64,000 bases of DNA, from positions 184,264,001-184,328,000 of the forward strand of contig OX597814.1 in the NCBI GenBank assembly GCA_951406725.2, read 5' to 3'. How positions within the stretch are numbered: position 1 is the first letter of the stretch; every line of letters starts with the position of its first letter. Below the pieces are notes generated by a model. That model was not told the origin of the DNA, did no database searches, and worked only from the letters and a program-made list of their open reading frames with translations. Below are positions 54,422 to 64,000 of the stretch, one piece after another. Source of the stretch: Octopus vulgaris. Its lineage: Eukaryota. Made by a program: the position numbers and the translations under genes.

Positions 54422-55616
54422 TTATATTTAAGTCCATCAAGCCTACAACTACATAATTCTATGTACACTTCCCGTCTTAAAATACTAGGGTTTTATTCGT
54501 GAGAAATTCGGGTACTACTTGTCGGGTGGCAACGTGTAGGATATCTCTTTAGTTGCTATTTCTAGAAGGTCAAATTATCGTATAGGTGTTACTTCTCGTA
54601 TGGTCTGGATGGTCTGTAAGGTATTATGAATTATCTTAGTTGCATTTTTTGTTGTTTGCCCATTTGTTAACTTTCAACAGACAGATTTATGATAAAATGT
54701 ACTGAAGCTTTAACCACCTCACCTTTTAGGCATTGAGTATTTAATACTACATTTTCCAATGTGACTTTCCTATTTAAGAGTGTATGATGTAATTTAGAGA
54801 TTTGGTTTATATTTCTTTCAGATCGACTACCAAGAGGTTCTCGTAGTGGCTCTTATTTCACGTTTGCGTGGTGTGAAGTTTTACAGAAAACACAGTGCAG
54901 GACACCATTCCTGATATCGTGTTCAGTACGTTTTGATTCTGTGATCAAAGTGGTCTGTGGACGGACTGTGACAACTTCTCAACTGTCTGTAGTCAATAGA
55001 CTAAGTTATATAAAGAGTATATTGGCTGTTAAGTCAGTTGATTGTACTTGATCTCTCTAACAAAAAGATGATTTTACACACAAATTGTTTATGAATTATC
55101 TGAGTATGTTTAGATCATGGAATTCTCAGATTTTGGGGGACAGATGAGATCGAAAGTGTTACCTTTCTACTTGTAAAGTTTTAATCGATGCCTTCAGGAA
55201 AATTTGTAAATAAATATGCGAACTAACATTCTGTGCATGAGAGACTGCGAGTAGTGGTTTGAGCAGCGTCTAAGTTGTTGAAAAGATGATTATGAGTGAT
55301 GACAGAAAAGATTTGGAGTGAATTGAGAGTGCCTGAGTGGTTGTAGCACGTAGCCAGCTAGCTCTGAGAAATAGAGGTCATTTTAGTTGAAACGCCTGAG
55401 AGAAAGACTGAGCAAAGATTACATCTGCAGGCCAGCTTGGAATATGAAAACAATGAGAGATTAAGAAAAACACCCTAGTATTCAGTCATTTAAGCGATTA
55501 TTCTTTATGTAATATGTACGTTGAGTTGTGTCATTGACTAGTATAGATTTTGAAAATGGCCGCCAATATGTTATGAGATCGAAAAGATTGAGAATTACTG
55601 CTGATTATCAGATTGT

Positions 55617-55945
55617 GAGGGCGCGTGGCTTAGTGGTTAGGGCATTCGGCTATCAGCTCACTATTGTAAGGTCGTGAGTTCGATTCCCTGTGACGCGTTG
55701 TGTCCTTGAGCAAGACACTTTATTTCACGTTGCTCCAGTCCATTCAGCTGGCAAAAATGAGTTGTACCTGTATTTCAAAGGACCGGCCTTGTCACACTCT
55801 GTGTCACGCCGAATCTCCCTGAGAACTACGTTAGAGGTACACGTGTATGTGGATTGCTCTGTCACTTGAACGTTAATTTCACGAGCAAGCTGTTCCGTTG
55901 ATCGTATCAGCTGGTACCCTCGTCGTCGTAACCGACGGAGTGCTC
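55617..55945 (+). mobile_element. tRNA-derived SINE family D (CORE-like), full length
   Basis: TGGCTTAGTGGTTAGGG (A box), GAGTTCGATTCCC (B box) and GTGTCCTTGAGCAAGACACTT (CORE-like). ATCAGATT on both flanks is a possible TSD. Confidence 0.88.
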
Positions 55946-56578
55946 CTATTCGATCAGATTCTGGCTATCAGATTCTGAAGCAAGAAACTGTTGACATACT
56001 TATTAAAGCCAGGTAATGCAACGTGGCTTTCACTGTTGTCCCCTCGTATTGGATAACCATTCGTGAATGACGTATGAAAATAAGTCTCTGGTAGATCTAA
56101 CTCTATACATTGGTGAAAAAATAGACGGGAAATTATTCGACGTTGCTAAGTTTTAGGATGTTTTAGCAGTTTGTTGAACATGTAAGGACAGTGTTGTATC
56201 ATGAGATATATGTAATGTTCTTGCGTTGGTGTTGTGGAGAAAAAATTATATCTTCATTAAAGAATGTGTTTCTTATCGTTGCTTAACTACATGAACTTAT
56301 TCATCACGCAGAGTATTTCTTGTTAATCAGAACTGTTTCAGAAATAGTTGTTCCATATCTATTTCAGACATAGCGCACATAAGTCTACATTATGTAAGGT
56401 ATTTTCAATCTATTTAATGTATTTGCATGTATATATGACTGTGATTTAACAGGGACTTACAGTTGGACACGGGACCACGCAAAGAGTCAAATTATATGCT
56501 AAAATAGATGATGTCTCTCATATATCTTTCAATGGAATTAGTCGCATTCTGGCGTGAACAGTCTAATTTTGATATATA

Positions 56579-56615
<37 letters not shown>

Positions 56616-56872
56616 GCCTGCGTGCAGACGCTTAATTTCTTCTTTTGTCTCTGAGATTCATCTCCTATATTTCGTTCTCGGTATTTCCCTTCTTTTTTGT
56701 GCTATTCGTCTCTTATTTACATTCTTCTTTCATCTAATTCTTTCATTTTTTAAATACTTTTTTTTATTTCTGTTCTCAACCTTATTTTAATTCTATCTTC
56801 CATATATCTGTTTTTCCTTTTTATCCTCTCTTCTCTGCTTCAGTCTCCTCTCTTCCGTTCTCAATACACTCG

Positions 56873-56903
<31 letters not shown>

Positions 56904-57953
56904 TCCATTCCTTCTTGTTTTTCTACCTCTCTCTCTCTCTCAAAATTATCGCTTTCGATGTGTTAACCATTAAGAGCTATTATCTCAGAAGCTTCTAATA
57001 TTTTCTCCACTGCACACTCATTACACCAGTAAACGTAGAATGAAAAATGGAAGAAAAAGAAATAAAAGGTAACACAACACAAAAACCATCTATAATGCCA
57101 GCAGCATAAAGTAAACTAGCCAAAAAAGAAGTTTTACTGAAAACACGAGATGTGTATAGAACTAATTAAATAGAGGGAAAATATGTAAGAAAGTGTAAAT
57201 ATGCGACTGAGAACGGTATGAATAACAAGTATCAATTAAAGGGCAAAATCAGAAAGAGTAGTTGATAGGTAGCAAAGAGAGTGGGAGTAGTGGCATTACA
57301 TTTGAGAAAGTAAAATTAGGGTGTTTAAAAAAGAAAGCAAGGTGAAGGTAGGTAGTTTGTATGAGAATAGAAGGAATATATTTTAAAGAACAAGAACGAG
57401 AATTAGAGGAAGAGAGAGAATACAGACGATATTGAAACGTGTACAGAACAAGAAATTAATATCATAGATTAGGAGTTGGTGTTGAGTAACTGAGAAATAC
57501 ATTTTAGTTGCTACAGAGAAATATAAAAAGTAAGACATGAATGAGTGAGAGAGAGAGAACAAGAGGGTAAAAGAAAGAGTGAGAATAGAGAAAAACGCTG
57601 AAAATGTGTTATAGAAGGTGAGAGAAGAGAGAGTGAGAGTATAGCCGACAACGAGGGAGAAAGAAAGAGCGAGGGGGAAGTAATATATGAAAAAGGAAAT
57701 AATGAGCGTCAAAAAAGACAGAAAGAAAAACAATATGTGTCAGAAAGAAGAAGAAAGAGAGATTAGAGAATGGTAATTATTTGAATTGTTTCTTAGTTTC
57801 TTAAGGAAACTGAAAAATTTAGAGGTACAAAAGAAGCACAGAAGAAGTAAAGAAACTAATATTATTTAAGCATAAACGAATCCGGATGGTAAAGAAGTTC
57901 GCTTTATAAGCAGCTTGTTCGGGAGTCGATCTTGGAATGACCAATTCTTTGTA

Positions 57954-58000
<47 letters not shown>

Positions 58001-58003
<3 letters not shown>

Positions 58004-58125
58004 CAATTTCCCAGAAAACAACAGACGAAAACAGGTGTAGGAACTACAAGCAGGTGTATTAGTTTAACGCTCGGGAAGAAAGGCAAAGTCTTTTACGTTT
58101 CGAGCCTACGGACCTCAACGCAAGT
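58001..58125 (-). mobile_element. Fragment related to the hammerhead-bearing ~200-bp element, 3' end at (TA)n
   Basis: Minus strand reads GGCTCGAAACGTAAAAGAC..TTCTTCCCGAGCGTTAAACTAATACAC, running into (TA)n at 57956-58000. Confidence 0.5.
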
Positions 58126-58549
58126 AAGACTGAATAAAGGAGCCCCATTTATCCAAAAATATAAACCAGAATTGAATATGAAACCATATTAAAATTAAAG
58201 GGCTTACCCCATCTAATAGAAGATGTAAACCAGAATAAAGCATAGAACATTAAAAAAAAACAAAAATAAAAATTACAGATTTACTTCCCCTTTACTGCAA
58301 AATAAATGAGTGAACAATTATCTCCCCTAGCAATTTATCTTTTTCAACTCTCAGTTTGATGAGCAGTGTGAAACCGGGCCTAACTCCAATTATGTTGAAA
58401 GAACAAAACCTTATTTTGTACAAAATTGTATATCTTTATTATCATGGCTGTAATATACTCTTAGCTCCTGTTAAACAAATCTGTTTTTTTTATCCTATCT
58501 CTTTCTCTATTTATATCCACCACGTGTGTTTTCCCACTAAAATATTTTC

Positions 58550-58587
<38 letters not shown>

Positions 58588-59925
58588 TCCAACACATACA
58601 TATCCAAACATACACGTATGGAAAATATACAAGCATGCCTTTCTCAGGGTATCCTGTAGGTCATCTAAACGAGATATTATTCATTAAGAGTGAAATAAAT
58701 TACTTAAAAGAAAGCAAGAATTATGATAACTCCAAAAGCCAAAACATATGTACATATTACTTTGTCATAGACATTACTGCCTTGTTTCGGTGCGCTAATG
58801 ATATCTCGTCAGCTGGAGAATCATTTGGCTCTGTTGTATATATGTTAAATGTTGAATGGACCGTGGTGTGCAACGGAACGAATGTTTTGTATATGTTGAC
58901 AACATTTTATTATACACATAAAAACAGAGGCATAACTCTCATTCAGTATACGAGCACATGCTCAGACAAATTTTCATTGACACATACGAAGCCAAATAAT
59001 TGTGTCACTTATCTTAATGATGAGATTGCTGATGATTCGATGATTAACTGTTAGCTATATCGTTTCATTCAATCACTTACGACCGAAACTGTATTTGAAT
59101 AGCAAGAGATTTTATTTTTACTATTTTTAATGATATAAAATTAAGCGCGTAAATGTTAAAATTAACTTGAAGCAATTATTGACAATATCAAATTACTAGA
59201 GAAAAATAGCTATCAATTTGACAACTCTTTCAGAATTTTTCTCTTTTAACTAGGAAAATGGAATATAAATATTAAAGATCAAGAAGAAAAAAGCATAAAT
59301 CATATGGCTCAAAAACTTGACCAGTTATTTGAAACTACTCAAAGCAGGATCGCATTTTGAGGTGTTTACTATATAAATTTGATTATCATATTATCTTGAA
59401 ATTCTACCCACTGTTTATGTAATCTTAAATTTCCTTCATATTACTAGATTCCCTTTCTTGAATATTCATGTGCAAACGTTTCGTTCAGTATTCTATCATA
59501 TTTATATCTGGAAATTGTACTGACATTGCAATACTAAAATTCTCTTGCTTTTAATGGCGATAAGATTAGGTTTGTTGTCATAAGGAAAATCTACAAGCCT
59601 TTATGACTCCTGACATATCGAAATATAGTCTCTGCTATTATATCCAAATGGGCTCTACTGTTCATAGCACTGTGAAATGATATACGATACCAACCCCATT
59701 TCCAGGCTTAGTTCATAACATTATTACCATTATACTTAGCCGTTAGTTTCATGCTCTGTAGGCGAAATTTTTTCTCGTGTATGACATCAAGCATATGTTT
59801 CGCCATCAAGAATTAAATTTCAAGTAATATGTATAAAAGTTTTACTAATCTAATACCATCCACTTCTTACTTTTGCCACACAGTTTGCGAGCGATCTTTA
59901 TATTTTTAATTCATTTTTAATCATA

Positions 59926-60488
59926 TTGGGTTATCTGGAAAGTTCATGCCGATTTTTAAAGGAAAGAAAAAAGTCGATAAATGCTTGCCATATTTTTAAT
60001 CAACTAAATATGAACCATTTTGTTGCACAATGAGTCTCCATCTTTCCTTTAACTTGAAAATACCCTCTTCCCAGAATTGAGGTGGTTTCATGGCAAAGAA
60101 TTCATCAAGGTATCTTTTTATGCCATCCAAGGAATTGAAATTTTTACCATTAAGACTATTCTGCAGAGACTTGAATAAGTGGAAATCCGAAGGAGCAATA
60201 TCTGGTAAGTATAGAGGATGGGGTAACACATCCCAGCCGAGCTGCAGCAATTTTTGTCTGATTCCCAAAGCATCAAGTACCGCAAATGAACTTTCTTGTC
60301 TTCCATTTTAAAGGGTTACAGAATTAATACAGGTTATAGAAACATAAACCTTCTTCCACGAAAAGATAGCTTAAAATGTGCTCTAAATGGAGGTGTAGTC
60401 AAATCCTATTTTATGGACTCAGCCATGTTCTAAAATAAGTCGAAAAGCAAGCTACTATAAATCGGCACGAACTTTCCGGACAACCCAA
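59926..60488 (-). mobile_element. Internally deleted mariner (563 bp, non-autonomous)
   Basis: TA|TTGGGTTATCTGGAAAGTTCATGCCGATTT ... AAATCGGCACGAACTTTCCGGACAACCCAA|TA. N-terminus MEDKKVHLRYLMLWE is fused out of frame to RQKLLQLGWDVLPHPLYLPDIAPSDFHLF (YSPDLAPSD motif). Confidence 0.93.
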
Positions 60489-60499
60489 TAATTATAAGA

Positions 60500-60690
60500 T
60501 GCGGCTATCTGAGAGAAGCGTCAGGGTGTCGGACGAAATGTCTACCGGAAATTCTTCTGGCTCTTTATGTTCTAAGTTCAAGTACTGCTGATGTCTACAT
60601 TACCTTTCACCCTTTCGGTAAGAAAAAGTAAAAGTATCAGGATCGATAGCATCTTCTAGTCCTAAAATTGCTGGCATTGCGCCAATATTT
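60500..60690 (+). mobile_element. Degenerate SINE family B variant
   Basis: GGACGAAATG..TTTATGTTCTAAGTTCAA..CCTTTCACCCTTTCGG..AAAATTGCTGGC.TTG.GCCAA.ATTT. Confidence 0.6.
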
Positions 60691-61341
60691 AAATATATTC
60701 ATAATTTGTTATTTAGAAAAATGTGAGTCCTTTTGACGCACCACAAGACTAAATTGGTTTAGTCTATTTTTTACCCTAGAAAGATTACGTTCTGCGTGTT
60801 GTATTTCTGTCGAGTAACATTCAAAATGTCAACCGCGGTCGTTTGCCTGTTCGTCATCGGCAAACGGTTAATCTACGTAGTTCGTCTTTGTAAGTCTGTA
60901 CTTACAGTAACCTTTCGTAACTGCCCTAACTGGAAACGGTCAAAACTGCTAGCAGTCTTCATTGAAGAAGTTTAATAAATTGTAAGCTGTAGTTAATGAG
61001 CATCAACAATTCTGCAGCTATGCTTTGAAAGTTTATTCCATGTACATGGATAATTCTCGATAACGTCTTATATGATAAGCTTTGTGTTCATTTATTGCCA
61101 CAAATATAATTATCAAATTATTATTTACTAGCATTCCCGTGTCGTCAAAAATGCAAACAGTTTTATTAATGATAGAAGATGGCACAGCAACATAATGGGA
61201 AAAATCATTAATAAATGATAGCAATCTACTAAATATATCTATATACACAGAATTGAAGGACTTAAAGAATCAAATACGATTGTAAAGTCTCGCTTGAAAA
61301 TATCGCCCACATAATGTATGTGTGTGTATAGACTCACAAAC

Positions 61342-61385
<44 letters not shown>

Positions 61386-61582
61386 CTATGTACATATACA
61401 TATATATGTAAATATAAATGTATGTATATGTACGTGTGTTTTGTATATCTATACACACGCATACATTATGTGGGCGATATTTTCAACCGAGATATTATAT
61501 GTATATATGCATGTGTGTGTATATGTATGTATATGCATATATATGTATATATGTATATATATTTAATGTACATATACATACA

Positions 61583-61631
<49 letters not shown>

Positions 61632-62020
61632 ACATATAAATACATTTACGTATATATACGTGTGTGTGTAAATATAAATAAATGTATTTATGTGCTATCT
61701 GCATATATTCCACTGATGTAGGCAAAGCCTTTCTTATGCAGAGTCAGAAATCCGGGATCTGGAATTATCCAGTAATTTTTTTTGTTTTTTGCTGGTTTAT
61801 TTTGTCTGTTTGTCTTCTCTCCTGGTGCTGTAAGAACATTTAATGTGGTTTTAGAGTCAAGTTTTGGCTGCTATTTCTAGCATGGTGGTATCTCTTAGAT
61901 ACCCTTAATTATAATTTTTATAATTATTATTATCTTTGAGGTTTTTATTCCCGTACTGGCCACCTGATAAGATCGGTATTTCAAATAACGATGTTATCCT
62001 TATTTATATAAATTTATATA

Positions 62021-62762
62021 TCTATATCTATAAAAAAACAGGATGTGTGTGTGTACGTGAATGTAATTCATGCATGTCCACAAATTAGCACGCACGTCGC
62101 TCCAATTTTAGGAGGACATTGGTCACGATCATGGCTGTGCTTTTTTCAACTTACTTCCCCGAGACTCCTGTAGATAGCGGAAAAAAATCGATTTTCAGTT
62201 ATAACTTTTACCAAATTTGAACATGAGTTAAGTCCCCTTCTTGCAGTGGCGAATAGTATTGTGCGTGGGAGAGAGAAGGTGTGTGTTGATGTGTGTGTGT
62301 GTGTGAGGGAGAGAGAGTGACAGCGTACATTGTTAAAGTCTTTTTCCTTGCATCTTTTTTGAGTGAGTAATTGACTGAGAGAGAGTGTGTGTGTGTGTGT
62401 GTGTGTGTGTGATAGCATACACCCTCTCTCTTTCTCTTTCTCTCTCACTCTGTCAAACACACTGAAAAAAGATGCGAGGAAAAGTAAATAAATAAAATTA
62501 ACGCTATCTCTCTTTCACACACACAGCAACACACACTTCCCCCCTCTCTCTCTCTCTCTCAGTCAATCACTCACACACTGACTAAAAAAAGGATGCGAGG
62601 AGAAATAAATTTTTTTTTAATGTACGCTCTGTGTGTATGTGTTTGAGTGTATGAAGGAAAGAGTAACAGCTTACAATTTTAAAATTTACTTTTCCTCGCA
62701 TCTTTTTTGAGTAAATGAGTGATTGATTGACTGAGCGAAAGAGAGAGAGATAGCGTGTTGTC

Positions 62763-62800
<38 letters not shown>

Positions 62801-62975
62801 TGTATGTGAGACAGAGAGAGAGAGATAGCGTGTTGTCGGAAAGAGAGAGAGAGAGAGAGAAAGTGTGTATGTGAGACAGAGAGAGAGAGAGATAGCGTGT
62901 TGTCGGAAAGAGAGAGAGAGAGAGAGAGAGAAAGTGTGTATGTGAGACAGAGAGAGAGAGAGATAGCGTGTTGTC

Positions 62976-63010
<35 letters not shown>

Positions 63011-63057
63011 AAGTGTGTATGTGAGACAGAGAGAGAGAGAGATAGCGTGTTGTCAGA

Positions 63058-63090
<33 letters not shown>

Positions 63091-63330
63091 AGTGTGTATG
63101 TGAGACAGAGAGAGAGAGAGAGATAGCGTAAATTTTATTTATTTACATTTTCTCGCATCTTTTTTAGTGTGTTTGACTGAGAGAGTGAGAGAGAGAGAGA
63201 GAGGGGCGTTACACTATCTCACACCCCCTCTCTCTCTCTCTTTCAGTCAATCACTCGCTCAAAAACGATGCGAGGAAAAATAAATTTTTAAAACGTACGT
63301 GGTCACTCTCTCGCTCTGCCTCACACACAC
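62021..63330 (+). mobile_element. Helitron-like 5' end followed by a complex internal repeat region
   Basis: A|TCTATATCTATAAAA..GATGTGTGTGTG start resembles non-autonomous Helitrons. Internal direct and inverted modules follow. No CTAG 3' end was located. Confidence 0.4.
62740..63130. repeat. Minisatellite, unit GATAGCGTGTTGTCGGAAA(GA)nAAGTGTGTATGTGAGACA(GA)n, ~5 copies
   Basis: Units start near 62749, 62824, 62891, 62962 and 63041, with a partial unit at 63122. Confidence 0.9.
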
Positions 63331-63777
63331 ACACACACACACACACATCAACACACACCTTCTCTCTCTCACACACATTCACATACACATACTTTCTATG
63401 TTGCATCCCACCATCAACATATACATACGTCCCTGTCATTTTCTCTCTCTTTCACTTTATGCTGGCATCAAACGAAATGTACATTTCCAGTTCAAAAAAA
63501 ACAAACAAATTTTTTTACGGAATCTACAGAACGCTGTACCTTAACAGCTGATAGATCATTGACAACTCTGTGACTCAAAACAAAGGATAATCCTCGCTGA
63601 AACTTATCTCCTGCCATATAATCTTCGATGATATAATGATATCAGAAATAAATTACTGCTTTAATCCACCCTCTCAAAAAAACCAATCATCCAATGAGTG
63701 GACACCTCAAACGGCACGTTTTCACTCAAAACAACAAATGGAATAAAGAGTACATGCATCACAACAACAATAACACC

Positions 63778-63830
<53 letters not shown>

Positions 63831-63930
63831 CTTACAATATATCCTATTGTTAAGAAAATTTTACACAATCATTCAATAAAACTCAAATTGGAGAAAGAGT
63901 ACACGCTTTATCCGCCTAAACAGTGCAATA

Positions 63931-63985
63931 TACTCTTTTACTTGTTTCAGTCATTTGACTGCGGCCATGCTGGAGCACCGCCTTT
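63931..63985 (-). mobile_element. SINE family A 3' tail fragment
   Basis: TACTCTTTTACTTGTTTCAGTCATTTGACTGCGGCCATGCTGGAGCACCGCCTTT. Confidence 0.85.
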
Positions 63986-64000
63986 GATCACCACCCCCTG

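Noticed and set aside
58356-59054. 232-aa ORF
   Set aside because: It has a non-ATG start, crosses a (TA)n tract and shows no recognisable motif.
60838-60870. Small hairpin GTCGTTTGCC/GGCAAACGGT
   Set aside because: The stem is about 9-10 bp, too short for a pre-miRNA, and a hairpin this size is expected by chance in 64 kb.
62740-63130. Regularly spaced repeats resembling a CRISPR array (also the SINE tetramer at 50380-51197)
   Set aside because: The intervening sequences are (GA)n or repeated units rather than unique spacers, the context is eukaryotic and there are no cas genes.

Overview
AT-rich, microsatellite-saturated eukaryotic non-coding DNA. From my recollection of its SINE families it is most likely an octopus or other coleoid cephalopod (inference, not checked). 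I found no intact protein-coding gene, and nearly all long ORFs in the track are translated microsatellites. The window is a transposon graveyard. It holds at least six tRNA-derived SINE families (about 25 copies), non-autonomous Helitrons, two Tc1-type MITEs and an internally deleted mariner. It also holds relics of hAT (SPIN/GTF2IRD2-like), Chapaev3-like, Tx1/L1-like, RTE, CR1 and Penelope-like elements. Four signals stand out: (1) several minimal type-I hammerhead-ribozyme-like motifs, some in a ~200-bp element whose 3' end abuts (TA)n; (2) SINE concatemers that reuse one exact, self-complementary tail-to-body junction at three separate loci; (3) several local templated insertions, one with a 23-bp target duplication; (4) long imperfect hairpins. 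Boundaries of degenerate elements are approximate. Family labels A-F are my own.
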